This document shows positions 1-11,955 of a DNA stretch of 64,000 nucleotides, piece after piece (position 1 is the first letter of the stretch; each line of letters starts with the position of its first letter). Source of the DNA: Amphiscolops sp. MND2022 (lineage: Eukaryota). The DNA is taken from assembly GCA_964187785.1 (NCBI GenBank), contig OZ076421.1, forward strand, positions 21,018,001-21,082,000. Direction: 5' to 3'. A program made the translations under genes and the position numbers. Under the pieces are notes generated by a model. The model worked only from the letters and a program-made list of their open reading frames with translations. It had not been told where the DNA came from and did not search any database.

Positions 1-46
1 TCAGAAAATTGTTGGAATTTGTAAATTGATGATTTTTTTCAGATGA

Positions 47-2132
47 TGTTACGGTACACATGGTGTCCGCATTCTCGTCGCTTTCAAAGCGTACCGTTTT
101 GGACGGTGAAAATACTAACCTAATATGAGTTTCTACACTTCCAACATTAGTGCAGATTCTATTTTCCAAACTAGAGGACTTTATTGCTGAGATGAGATCT
201 CTCTGAGACTGTGCCAAAAGTATCTTCATCTAGGTTATTTCTCTCCTTAACGAAGTTTTGAGATTTTCTGAGCTAGAATCGAACCCAAGTACAGACTCCT
301 TTGTAGAAGTACTTGCCTCAGTGATACTCTCTTCCCCTATAACTACGCTTTGAACTCTCGGGTAGTTCGCGTCGGGACTATTCTCTGACTCAGTGAAGGA
401 AGCTCCTGCCTTTCTCTTCTGATTCCTTGTACGCATCCTGACTGTGAGATTGGGATATCGAAAAATTTAATTTGAGATAACGAAACAACAAAGAAATTAT
501 TCAAACGTTGTCAAAACAGTTGCAGCAAAACTTAATGAATCATCAATTAAATCACTTCATATTTATACCTTTCAAGCATCATTTGTTCACAAGCGCGTCA
601 CAAAGGTCGACGACTAAATTCTAAGACTTCAGGTGTTATCGCAATTGTATCATCACGCCCGGCGTCCATACGCCGAAGCTAAAACTCAACAAAACCCAAT
701 GTGATCAATGCGTTTTTATAAATTCCAATTATAGTAGGAAAATTCCTTGGGAGGAGACATTTTAATTGAGCGAAGAACGTTATCAAACCGGAAGTGGGAG
801 TTTACTAAACTTCGTTTTCACCAAAACAAACCGCTTTCAGTATTGTAAATTGCGGGAAATCAGGAAAACGCGGAAGAATAATCGTGATTTGTCGCGGCAA
901 AGTGAGAAAAAAACTAGTTACTCGCGAGATAGGAAGCGCTCGACAGTGATTCATTCGTTTATTTGATGCTATGAAAAGAACTAAAGTAAGAGAATTTATG
1001 ATGTTACATGAGTTATTTCTTTTAGAAAAAAACCGGTTTTCATATTTGCAATAAGGCTACAAAACACAAAACAAAAAAAAACAAACAAAAATATTGCACC
1101 AAGCTCTTGGTAAGTGTGACGTTGACTATTCGTTAATATTTATTATTCAACACTACATATAAGTGACATCCGTTAGACGTTTACTGCTCAGCAACTTCAA
1201 CAGGTGAATTATGTTTAACTATTATCAAATATTAAGCATCAGAATGTTATTTATACTGCGAAACACTTGGGAAGCTCTCTTACTTTATACTCTTCAGAGG
1301 AATTTCTCTGCTAAGCTTTATTCGTATTCTGGTCACATCGACATAGCGTTGACGTAAATCTAAATTCTCATTTTAATCATCTTGCGACGTAATGTTGACG
1401 TAAATTCTAATTCAGTCCCAGCAAACAATTCGATTTTAACATCAACTTCATTCATTATATGCGCGGTGTGACGTAGTTGTGACGTAAACTTCTTTACTTT
1501 TCTGACGCGAGTGATGACGTAGTAGCGACGTAATTTACTATTTTCGAGCAAGCGACACTTGTGTTAATTTAGTGTAAACATTACTCGCACGACCACCGCT
1601 TTGTTCAATTAATTGCAGAAGGCTTTTTTGAAGTTGCATAATCTGAACGACCATTTTTGACATTTCAGTCACGCGACGGAGCGAGGGGCACGCTGAAGCA
1701 TTATTTGGAGTGTTTTCACTTAAATCGTTTGTTCAACTAAGTCAATGTGTGCTAATTATTCGTGGCATAATATGCCAATTTCGAAAAATCATTCTTTAGC
1801 GTAGTTGGATGTTGCGCGTATTATTCCAAATGGAAGTCAGACAAATGATTCTTATTCCTTGTTGAATCTTTACTGCTCATTAGTTCAGTGGTTCATTTGC
1901 GTTAACGTTTTTACGACGTACAAATTTTGGTCCTTTCGTTTTAGTGTTTTAATGTTAGATTGAGAGATATTCCCAAGTTATATCGCAATTTTAACCATAG
2001 TCTGTCACAGTTTGTTTAGTTTTGTTTGAGTTGATTAATTCCATTCGTACATAGCTTTCATTAGGCATCCGTGTCTTCTTCCGAATTGAAGTCGTCGACA
2101 TGAACATGCCCGTCCAGGAGGGGACTGTCACA
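47..2132 (-). repeat. 3' LTR of Gypsy A
   Basis: Colinear with 18517-20567 over its whole length, with many substitutions and small indels. Starts TGTTAC and ends TGTCACA on the + strand. Confidence 0.85.
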
Positions 2133-3303
2133 GAGCTACTGTCATGGGTCGAAACCGTCGAGTTTGAGTTGGGCAAATTGGAGAAACTTGCTGCTAAGTT
2201 TGTCGAGATATTCCGCTTTTAGTTTTGTGCTGAGTTGGGGAAGAATTCGTCTGTCTCGGGTCAGCCAAATCGTTCAGTGAGTTGTTTTTTAACACCATTC
2301 GACGTAATAGTCCCGGAGGAGTAGTGAAAAGTCCTGGTGACTTTGAATTTCCCTGGTTTCTTTTATCTAAGTTTCTTGTGTCTATCACACTCCCTTCCTC
2401 TTCGTAATATTCTTAAGACGTCAGCGGCCCTGTCCTTGAACTATGAATTTTGATTGGCTTGACGGGCTTCCCGGATTAGACGGGGGAATTTTTCATTCGA
2501 TAATAGTGAATTGAAACTGTACACTTTACTGTTGAGTTTCATTCTTTTGCAGTTCTCTTGCACCACTTCCATAGATTAGTCCAATTCAGAGTCTTTCCTT
2601 ACTGCTATGTCCAGCGAAAAAATCGATGAATTGCATATTTCTCTTCTTTTAATTCCGTTTGGTTTTGGTATTTGAGAGGATTCACATTCGGTTTCCTTCC
2701 CAGTTTTACAGGGTGAGACTAAGTCCATTAGTTCAATGATTTTCATGACGGGATTATATTCCGTTATGACTGACTATTTCTTATTTTAATCTCTAAATAA
2801 TGAATTTTTCGTTAGTAATGATTTCCTTAGGTCTGGATTTCCCTTTCGTTGTGATTGGTTATTCACATTTCTAAGCCGTTGTTAAATTTTACAACGCCTA
2901 TTGGTTTGGATTTTTCCTTTTTGACGAACACTTGACGTTAATGTTTTGCTTTTCTGGGTTTGCTATTTGATATCTGATGAAGGTCCTGCCTCTTTTATGC
3001 CAACGTTGCATAATATAGCCAGTGGAGAGGAGACTCAAAATAGTTTTTCAGAAGCTGACATTATAGATAGTAAAGCTGTGGCGCCTGGTATTACAGTTTG
3101 CCTTGTTAGTAAAATGTGAAGTCCATCTAGCCCGAAAACATCGTACTTTCGTCGATTGATCAGATCGCTATTCATACGCGTTGACTAGATAATTAGCGCC
3201 AATATACTTCTTTCTTTCCAGGCCCTACTGTGGTCTCAGAGTGTGCCCTACGTTCTACTCCTAGCACCCCTTTAAAGTCTATCTCGTCAAAAACTGGAAG
3301 TGA

Positions 3304-6300
3304 GGAACCTTCTCGGATTCGCGAGGAGTTATTCCCTCGGGTGATTCCGACTTCCGTCCCGAGACAGATAAGGAAGCTGGTGCTGACAGTCAGAGGGAGG
3401 GCGTGACAACAAACGAGAGTGACGAGGAAGGTACTAGCCAGGACAAATTTGGATACCTACCTCAGTCTTCAAAAAGGAAATCCAAACTTTCTTTTTTTCT
3501 TGACCGTTGGAAATATCGGATCCTGGCAATTGTTATAGGTTTCGCCGATTTTGCTTCCATGATTGGTGATTCTATGGAGAATTAGGGGGTGAGTCCTAGA
3601 AAGAAGACGAAGTACAGTTCTCGTAACCATTTTCGTAAGGATATGATTGCTGTCGACTAGATTCTGAGTGAGTTTCTGTCTGGAACAATAAACGGTCAAT
3701 CCACGTACTTCTTTTGTACGATGTGTGAGCGGGACGTGTCCATGATAAGCCGTGGAGCGGGTGAGCTGGTGCGTCATTTTGGCTCAAACCGGCATTGGGA
3801 GCGCGACATAAAATAACGCGTTCACAAGGGGCTCCCAATCTTTAATCAGATGCGTCAGCCTATTGCTTTGACTGATGAGCAGTTGGGCAATTATCGCAGT
3901 CGTCCTTTCAAGGAGAAGGCTGTGGGATACCTTTTTCCGGAAGATAGGCTCTCTAAGCACAGTCAGATTACTTCGAGGGTGCCTTTGTTGACAATGGTTA
4001 GCTGTTTGACGGAGGTCTTGCGTGGAGGCGGCAGTTACACCATGCTTCGTCGCTTGTGGAGGTTTTTCTGTGCGTCGTTGTCAGAGACTGATCCTCGATA
4101 TCGTGTGGCGTGGAATAAGTCTGAGACTTTGGTTAGTTTTCATTTTGATTGATTTTACTGTTTTGATGAGTACTGCTTTGTTTAGTATCAGCTGTTTATT
4201 TTTTTCTTGTTGATCAAGTGGTTCAGGTTGATTGCTTGTAGGCTTTAGTCTGTGATGCTCTGTATCCGCGTGTGCTGCATTTCGTCTTCGGTGTCCTTAA
4301 TCGATTCAACAGTTACAGTCTGGAAGTCAAAGAGCGGACTGAAGGTCTCTTTTGTTATGAACAAACTTGGGACGGGATTCGATTGAAACGCGTGTGTCTT
4401 CTGGGGAAGATCACGATATCCGGTTTCCTCATGCTGAATTTTTGTGTTTGAGTCGAGTCGTGAGCAGTGTCAGAGGATCCTCATACCCTGTTGCACTTGT
4501 GGGAGTTCTTCTTCAGTTGTCAATTGCTTGACCGCATGTCGTGACGATCGGATGGTCTTTGTCCCCTATCGTTCATTAACCTCCAGTGTTCACCTGAAGT
4601 GTATACAGCAGGCGCATCAGGACGTGTTCCGCTTGTTGGACATCATTACTGTCATTGATTATTTGATGGTGCGATTACGTAGTGCTCTGTATGAGGAGTG
4701 GATTGATGGACACGTGGCTCTCCAGCGTTGTGTTCGAGCTGGGCAAGTGTCGTTCGATGATTTGCGTGCAGTAGTTGAGGAAATTCGTGCTCTGTGGCAG
4801 CCCATTCAGCTATTTGTGCGATAGACTGGACCTGCTCATCTTGAGGAGAAGCGAGACGCGGTAAAATGTGGTTAGGAGGTTTGTCTTTCCTGTTGACTCT
4901 AGTTGTTATTTTTATACTCGCGGTACTAATTGGCTGATATTCGCCGATAAGCTAACTCCCATGAGTTTCGGCCTTGTGCAAATGGTCCTTGAGTCCTGTA
5001 AGTATTTTGTTGAGTCTGATGGATTGTTCCTGTTTGATTGATTATGTTTGTCGTCTAGTTTTTGTGTTCTGGTTATGTTGGATATTCTTCTTTCGTGTTG
5101 CTTTGATGTTGCAATGAGTGTTGTGTTCTAGTCCACATGAACTTCAAGAAGATGGCACAGCGTCGTGATCACTACGCGCTCCACTGTTACGGTGAGCTGT
5201 GTCACTTCGTGTACTGTTTGTTGGGTAAATTCGGGCAGTCGGAAGTCTTCCCAGTAATCACTAGTGGGACGCATACATGCGCATTGATCCAGCAAGTGAA
5301 GAAGATGGCCTCTATATCTGATGACTTGTTTCTGGCCAATCATTCTTTCCGAGAGGAGTTGTTGCAGGCGAAGATGAGTGGTTCGAAAGATTTTCGTCTG
5401 GACTGTCGCAAATTCTTGGATCAGCTTGTGGAGAAGGTTCATAAGACCGTGTATTATTCTTCTCCAGTGGCCCAGGGACTTTACTCATTCTTTCCAGAGT
5501 TATTGTTTCAGGGCGATGACGTCGTTGTGTTTGACCTCTTTACAAAACTTGTGAATAGTCTTGCACGATGTAGCACGTTGTCTGCTGATGAGGTTGCGAC
5601 AAGTAAGGCTGAGTTCCTGTCCTTTGTTGTGGAGGTCCGACGACATCACACAGATAGCGGAGTTGCCATTAGTGACACTAAGGATATCATGGTGTATCTG
5701 TTGCGTCAGTTTTCGTTTCAATCACGTCATTGTTCGGCTCGAGTGTTTAAGTTGTGCTGTCAGTTTATAGATTTTACTGATGTGTCTCCTGCTGCTATTG
5801 AGTTTGACTTTGGTGAGTGCGTAGTTCGTCCTGGAGTGTTGACGTCGCGTTTCGTTATGAGCAGTCTGCATTTTTTACTTTTACAACTGTGTACAATTGC
5901 GACGTTCTCTTGACGAAGCTGTGGTTTTTATGTCAAATTCATCATTCAATACCTGGGACGGTATTTGTGTTGAAGACACGTCAGCTTTATTTTTTCGATT
6001 GAATACGGCTTACAGCTCGTATTTACTGTAACGAGCGGAAGTTGCTGAATCTCACTATAAGACTGCTAATGTGACGAATTGTCAAATTATCGTTGCTGCT
6101 CCCCTACTCGAGAGTGTCACTTCGCGTGTTCCGTCAGTTGGGGGGTTCTGTGTGCACTGTTAGTTCATCTGGCGCAAAGGATGATAGAGGAGCTTTGGTG
6201 CGGTCTGTGTTTGGTGAGAGTGGAAGTGTTGTCAGACGTGGGAGTCTACGAAGTAGAAATTTGTTGGTTGAGTACACATTTGTTGCGTTCATGGTATTTG

Positions 6301-6320
6301 ATGTTGATGATTTGTAATTT
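3304..6320 (+). pseudogene. Degenerate multi-exon gene antisense to Gypsy A, with a CxxC-x16-H-x5-H zinc finger (hAT-transposase-like N-terminus, tentative)
   Basis: Frame 1 from 3304 to 4131 reads through three stops and includes FFCTMCERDVSMISRGAGELVRHFGSNRHW. Further ORF pieces lie at 4242-4450, 4444-4824, 5137-5913 and 6093-6317. GT-AG intron candidates at 4132-4241 and 4998-5131 keep the reading frame. Confidence 0.55.
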
Positions 6321-6411
6321 TGATTGTTACTTGAAAATCAATTAAACGTAGTCAAACTGGTTCAACTTGGACTCTTGGTTTTGTTTTGTTTTTGTGTAGT
6401 TGTCACAGCTT

Positions 6412-6661
6412 TCAAGGCGTCGGGAATCGGGTTTTGTATCGGGGTTGGGTTTGGTCGTAGGTTATGATTTGCAATTTTTCTGGGATTAAATCCGACGTGG
6501 GTAGGGGTATTTGTGGGTGATGCGTGTGGGCTTTCAACAGGTGGGGATTAGTTATGAAAGGGTTATTCCGGACGTCCATGTTTAGATTAGTGAAGTCTGG
6601 ATCAGACGTAGCCTCTCGTTGTTTGCATTGGTATTCTCGTGAGAACTTTTTGGAAGAAGGA
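6412..6661 (-). pseudogene. pol: C-terminal tail of Gypsy A pol, separated from the rest by the nested insertion
   Basis: The low-complexity post-integrase tail (...QPRYKTRFPTP*) resumes right after the AAGGA TSD of the nested element. Confidence 0.55.
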
Positions 6662-7557
6662 TGTAACGGCTGCTTGATCCCTTCAATTGACCAAACTTTA
6701 CGCCGCCCTGAATTCGGTGCTCGGCACTGCGGATCGTTACCGAACACTGCTTGCTTCGTAGATTAAAAGGACTGTATCTTGACTTAGTAGGATCCAATGA
6801 TCCCGAATTGCACTTCTTCCTTGTCTCTTAACACGTCCAACTCTCCACAAGTTGAGAGTAACTAACTTAGTCGCCCTAAGTCTTTGGCGAAAAGTCGAAA
6901 AGAGGTGAAGAAATGAATTGAGAATTGAAATGGTCCTAAGACCCAACTTGACTACAGCTATTCAGTCGTTAAAATCTCTCTCTAATACAGGTATACATGT
7001 GGTTTACAATTCTACAGTAAATATAGAACAAATATCAGATGAAATATGTGGTATAAATAAATGACATTTAAAGCATAAAATGAAGTTATTGGCTAAGTAA
7101 ACAAACAATGTGGTGGTTTTGGCATGTTGGTCAGGTGGGTTAGAAAGTATGTTTACACAATGTAAATATCATTAATTTCAACAGAGTTACATTTCCTTCA
7201 AGGTCACATGAGAAAATCATATAATAATTAATACATCAAAAATTGGGTAATTCATGGGGTCCGACCTAGGTCACTTTGGGTGTTAATAGCTCTGAACCCA
7301 GGGGAGATACGGGGTAGCTTGTTAAGAGTAAAAAGTTAGTGAATCACCACCACTATATGTGTGCCAAGTTTCAAGGTGATTGAATGAGTGGTTTACCGGG
7401 ACGGGGGGGTGGCCCTTTTTTACATAGGGTCATTTTTGCTTAGACTTGTATTTTTCCATCTAAAATCTTGATAAATTTTCTAAGTCTTTTGAGTTGTAAG
7501 TTTCATCAGTCACGTTCGAATTTGAGTTTCTGATCTCGCAATTGACTGGCGCCAACA
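6662..7557 (-). repeat. 3' LTR of the BEL-derived element
   Basis: Near-identical to 11956-12851. Preceded on the - strand by the purine-rich tract GGGAGAAAAACAGGGCCGGCAA. Confidence 0.95.
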
Positions 7558-8105
7558 TTGCCGGCCCTGTTTTTCTCCCGAAAAACACTTTCATAGAACA
7601 TGGGTGCCAGTCTCACTACTGGTGGTCTGAGATTGTCATCAGTCATCGTTGTCTTTCTGAGAAATTCTGTACCGTAGTCATGTTTGCCAGTTGTTTGCTG
7701 TGTTCTTTCTCTACTGCAATGCTTCTCCAGCCCATAATCCATTTCACTGACCATACAGTTGTTTTCGACAAGTTGACATAACACAAAATATTTCCAAAAA
7801 ACTGTTGTCTCATTTGAAGTGATAGTTTTCCCTATTATCCCAATCTTCGCCATCAACGTCCGACATTTATTGTGTTCAACCAATTCTTTTTCTCTTGAAC
7901 CTTTAACAGGTATGATAAAAAATTGCTTCAGTACATTTAACTCGACTTCCATAATTACTTCAACATCCAAAGAGTATATTTCCAGATAAGTCGAAAATGT
8001 CTCCAGACAGCTTCCCAAGATTTGCTCTGCTACATATTTCCTCATCAAAGTTGACTGTCCGCGGGGGAGATATGTCAAAGAGAGTTCGTTCTCTAATCGT
8101 TCCAT
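7506..8105 (-). CDS. ORF2 of the BEL-derived element (~199 aa), ending in a BEL pol C-terminal remnant and reading into the LTR
   Basis: First ATG at 8105, 2 nt after the ORF1 stop. The C-terminus resembles the end of BEL integrase. Confidence 0.5.
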   Translation of the reverse strand: MERLENELSLTYLPRGQSTLMRKYVAEQILGSCLETFSTYLEIYSLDVEVIMEVELNVLKQFFIIPVKGSREKELVEHNKCRTLMAKIGIIGKTITSNETTVFWKYFVLCQLVENNCMVSEMDYGLEKHCSRERTQQTTGKHDYGTEFLRKTTMTDDNLRPPVVRLAPMFYESVFREKNRAGNVGASQLRDQKLKFERD

Positions 8106-8107
8106 AC

Positions 8108-11044
8108 TCAAGCTTTCAATTTGGCGTTCGGAGAGATTATTGAATCATCCATTATCATCATCAAAAGATAAAGAGAATTTCCAACATTACGGCGACTGGA
8201 GTTTTTTTCTTTGTGTTCAATGTTCTCTTTGCATCCAATAGGAGGGGATTTGTATGGTGAACTCAGTCGCTGCGCTGCATTTTGCTCTTTGCTTACAGAC
8301 ACGTCGTTTTTCGTAGCTACATCCGAGTTTTCTCCAAACAACTGCAATGCCGTGGAGTTTTGCTTCCGCTTCTGTTTGTAGAGATTCACTGTGCTTCTCT
8401 CACTACAAAACTTCAATTTCTTTTCATCTAGGTTTCTAACCGGCTCCGATAGATCAGCAAAAACTTCCAATTTACCAAAAGACCCATGCCGAGTCCACAT
8501 TGTCTTGAAAAGTGCAGCCGGCCCATTGCAAGACCCGTCGCTCCAACTTGCTGTGGTTGGTACTTTCAAAGAACACATTTCCATTCTTGACACTGATGAG
8601 TTGTCTCTGAACTCACGTAGCCAAAGTGTGTCATCTTGTGGTGTTCCATTCATGTTCAACTGAGCTCCTTCCTCCATTCCATGAATCAGGTTCCAGTTAT
8701 GTTCAATCTTCCAAATTCTTTTCTTCAGTTGCTTGCGGTGGCCGTTGCTCAATTGTGTTTCGTCAATGTCGTTAGCCTGTGACACTGCGTCCATCCCTGA
8801 GTTTCCATTACCAATCCAATGGTTCCATACATTTCTATGACTCAGGTTAGTTTCTTCTGAAAGACTTTCCTTGAAGTCGAAATCCGTTTTCTTTCCAAAG
8901 GTTGCATTCACGACTTGTGTTTCCGTTTTAGCATTGCTTTTCGCGGGTTTTTCATGTTTCATTGCAACGTGGCATAGCTTTTGATACATGACGATTTCAT
9001 TCAAGTCTTCTGGCAGTGTATATCGTTGCTCATTCACAAAGTCATAACTTTTGACAAATTCATAACATTTGTTTCCTTCTTCAAGGAGTAGAGTAATGTC
9101 ATAGGACACTGTCACTTGGAATAGTTTCCCCTGTCGCACGTCCTGTAGTACGGTCGAAACTTCTGCCATCTCTTGCAGCAGTTCCAATTGCACACTCATT
9201 TCTTCCGAAGTTTCATTGTTTGATGCGAAGGCTAAGCTTCGATGTTCTTGCATTGTTTCAGTCATTCTGTAATCCAAAGTCTCCTCTGTTTGCACTACCA
9301 AGTGCTCACTCATGACCAAGTGAATCTCTTCTTCCAAAACTTGTTCTGTATCCACGAGGAGGATTTCTGATCGGAAGTCTTGCCAGCCATTGTCTACAAA
9401 GAACGTTTCTGGCCAGTTCCACATCCATTCTGCGATTAGATTTTTCGAAGTTCCTTTGTTTGCATTGCTTTCAATATTTGTCATATTTGAATCTTCATGT
9501 GCTTCACGTTTGATAGTTTTGTCTTGCAACTTTCCATGGTTTGGACACTTGTCTGAACACTTCATCTGCTCAGGTTTCCATTTTTTCACTGTACACTTTC
9601 CTTTTGTTGTACAGTCAAGAGCTTTGAGCGAAGCCCTTTCTTCTTGCTTGCCCAAAAGTTCGTCTTTTCTTCTTTTCAGCGATTCATTGCGATCACCTGA
9701 ACTTTCTTTGCTTGAAGTATGCCTTGGTTGAGTTTGCTTTACAATTGTCATTGTTGAACTACTTTCAACGCTTTTATGGTTCGAGCGCCAATGTGATCCA
9801 ACAATACTCTTTGAATCAGTTCGCCCAAAACAGGCTTCTTTGTTGTTTCTCAGGTGTGACTCTTTGTTCGCCACTTCATTCATGTTGTTCCGAGAGTGAG
9901 GGTTTTGCCCACGCCGTTCAGTTCCTGTAAGAGGCTTCCTTGAGGTCGAGGATGCCTTGAAGGTCCGATAACATTTCTGAGGGCCTTTACTTGGTTGCAA
10001 TTGCTCTGTCACTTTCTGTGATTGTGTCAGTTTTAGCTGCATTTCATTTCGCGCTAAATCCATGTCGTTTTTTAAGACTTGCTTGGCTCTAGCGGTTTCT
10101 TCTTCGAGTTTAGCAGTTTCTAATTCTTCTGCGAGTATCCTCATGTCCATCTCCTCTTGTTTCTTTCGGATCTCGGCTTTGCGTCTTGCTGCAGCTAACT
10201 GCTCATCAATTTCATCTTGTTTCTTCATTGCTTCCAATTCTAGAAGAAGTATTCGTTTTGCATTTGATGACTTAGAACTAGCTGTTGTTCTGTTGCTCTT
10301 TGAGGTTGCTTTGACTGACCCTTTGTTGCTTTGTTCGGGTAACACTTTCACATCCCAGATTGATTTAATCACATCAGAGGGGTTGGATGCTCCAACAACG
10401 CGTCGTTCCTCTTCAGTTACCCTGCTTGATTGTGCCAGTGATTTCATTTCACTAGCTACTTCCAATGAGCAATTGCGTTTTGTCGGGTTGAAGCTACTTT
10501 GCTTGAGCTTCCTCGTTTGAGTGCATCTCATTGCCGCATTTGTGGAGGTTCCACTTGCCTCTTGGCGAAGTTTCGTTTTGTCTGTCTCATCTTTTGGACC
10601 CTTCATCAATGTCTTTACATCTGGGAACCAATAGCCCCAGCTGGCTTCTAACTCAGCAAAGAATTCTTTCCATTCAGTCACACTTCGACTGAGCTGTCCT
10701 TGCTTTTCTTTATTTGTGAGGTCCAACATGAGATCTACGTTATGCAACAATGCTTGTTTATTCTCGCGATATTCGAATACCCAATAATTCAATTTACCTT
10801 TGCAAAGACTAGCGCCCTGCTCGTCAAGCTTGTCATCCAACTCTTTAATCAGAGTCCGTAGTCTTCCAACTTGGGTGGCCACGGCGTCCACATAAAAGCG
10901 CCACACGTACCAGTCGGAATCATTTTCCAAATCTCTTGATCTGAGGTCCATCAGTTCTTGACTCTGATTTGTTTTTCTTTGATCAAATACATTTGTCATT
11001 CGAGGATGTTGCACCTCGAGCATTTCTTTCTTTCTGGCTTTCAT
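8108..11044 (-). CDS. ORF1 of the BEL-derived element, 978-aa uncharacterised protein with a charged coiled-coil segment
   Basis: Uninterrupted 2.9-kb ORF with an ATG start. Coiled-coil-like stretch LELEAMKKQDEIDEQLAAARRKAEIRKKQEEMDMRILAEELE. No enzyme motifs recognised. Confidence 0.7.
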   Translation of the reverse strand: MKARKKEMLEVQHPRMTNVFDQRKTNQSQELMDLRSRDLENDSDWYVWRFYVDAVATQVGRLRTLIKELDDKLDEQGASLCKGKLNYWVFEYRENKQALLHNVDLMLDLTNKEKQGQLSRSVTEWKEFFAELEASWGYWFPDVKTLMKGPKDETDKTKLRQEASGTSTNAAMRCTQTRKLKQSSFNPTKRNCSLEVASEMKSLAQSSRVTEEERRVVGASNPSDVIKSIWDVKVLPEQSNKGSVKATSKSNRTTASSKSSNAKRILLLELEAMKKQDEIDEQLAAARRKAEIRKKQEEMDMRILAEELETAKLEEETARAKQVLKNDMDLARNEMQLKLTQSQKVTEQLQPSKGPQKCYRTFKASSTSRKPLTGTERRGQNPHSRNNMNEVANKESHLRNNKEACFGRTDSKSIVGSHWRSNHKSVESSSTMTIVKQTQPRHTSSKESSGDRNESLKRRKDELLGKQEERASLKALDCTTKGKCTVKKWKPEQMKCSDKCPNHGKLQDKTIKREAHEDSNMTNIESNANKGTSKNLIAEWMWNWPETFFVDNGWQDFRSEILLVDTEQVLEEEIHLVMSEHLVVQTEETLDYRMTETMQEHRSLAFASNNETSEEMSVQLELLQEMAEVSTVLQDVRQGKLFQVTVSYDITLLLEEGNKCYEFVKSYDFVNEQRYTLPEDLNEIVMYQKLCHVAMKHEKPAKSNAKTETQVVNATFGKKTDFDFKESLSEETNLSHRNVWNHWIGNGNSGMDAVSQANDIDETQLSNGHRKQLKKRIWKIEHNWNLIHGMEEGAQLNMNGTPQDDTLWLREFRDNSSVSRMEMCSLKVPTTASWSDGSCNGPAALFKTMWTRHGSFGKLEVFADLSEPVRNLDEKKLKFCSERSTVNLYKQKRKQNSTALQLFGENSDVATKNDVSVSKEQNAAQRLSSPYKSPPIGCKENIEHKEKNSSRRNVGNSLYLLMMIMDDSIISPNAKLKA

Positions 11045-11830
11045 TTGTTCAGATTTCAGTTTGTCGTTTAACTGGGGGTTTTTTGACTACACAATAGTTT
11101 CTTGACGTCTTTGTCACTTTTCCCAAAAACAGCAATTTGATAGATCTGAGGTGTCAACTGCTCAACCCAGTAATCAATCGCCAATTCTTGAAGAATCAAC
11201 CCAAAATGTCAATTATGCTTGCCTTCTTTGACGGATTTGATTGTTTCGGTGGACCTCGCCCAATGACTCGATCCTTTTGCTTTACTTGGTGGATATGCTT
11301 GCAGCGACGTCTTAGTTCAAACCTTTGCTTTCATTTAGGAATACGTTTCCCAAGGATACAACTCGTCCCAAACTGGAATTGAAGCACACTTGCCTCCAGA
11401 GTGCTGCTAAAGCCCAACTCCCAGAGTACACAACCAATCCAGTTCCAAATCGCCCAATAGTCCAATATCAAAGCCCCAGTGTACACTTTCCCAGAGTTCC
11501 AGTCACCAACTGTAGACCCAGTCTCCACAGTTCTCGTTCGTCGTGAATAGTCGTCTCAGCTACTTGTCGCGATTCCGTTCGAATGCAATACTTTTCGATT
11601 GCTGTGCGAACAGGATCACCTGCTGCCACTTCTAGGTTTGGAAGGTCCCTACGAATAGGCTTGTCCTCCCAGCTCTCTGGTTTGCCACAGAAACCAGCAC
11701 GGAAGCTCTTCCAAGCTTCGTGTCACTTGAACAGATAGATGTTGTGCCACCCGTTTGATGACTCTAACTGCTCACGTGTCTTCCACCACGAATGCAATCC
11801 ACCCACGATGAAGACGACGTTCCTCTTGTA

Positions 11831-11940
11831 GTGTCCACCCAGACTGATGTCCACTCCAACTGTTGATGTCCGCCCAATGTGTTGATGTCCGCCCAATGTG
11901 ATGTCCGCCCAATGTGATGTCCGCCCAATGATGATGTCCG
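11831..11940. repeat. Leader tandem array, ~7 units of 16-19 bp (GATGTCCGCCCAATGT core)
   Basis: Directly visible repeats abutting the PBS. Confidence 0.9.
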
Positions 11941-11953
11941 GGTCGGCGGACCA
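11938..11953 (-). promoter_or_regulatory. Primer-binding site TGGTCCGCCGACCCGG (tRNA-Tyr-like)
   Basis: 2 nt downstream of the 5' LTR. Resembles the TGGTCCTTCGAGCCGG type of PBS common in BEL elements. Confidence 0.65.
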
Positions 11954-11955
11954 AA

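Noticed and set aside
2133-2900. Possible extra sense-strand ORF before the 3' LTR of Gypsy A
   Set aside because: Only short stop-interrupted low-complexity readings. A product cannot be supported.
6582-6946. Small ORFs duplicated at 11723-12240
   Set aside because: They recur only because they lie in near-identical LTRs. No coding evidence.
11831-11940. Short repeat arrays (also 22857-22998, 28690-28780, 41225-41533) as CRISPR
   Set aside because: No unique spacers of regular length, no cas genes, and a eukaryotic retroelement context.
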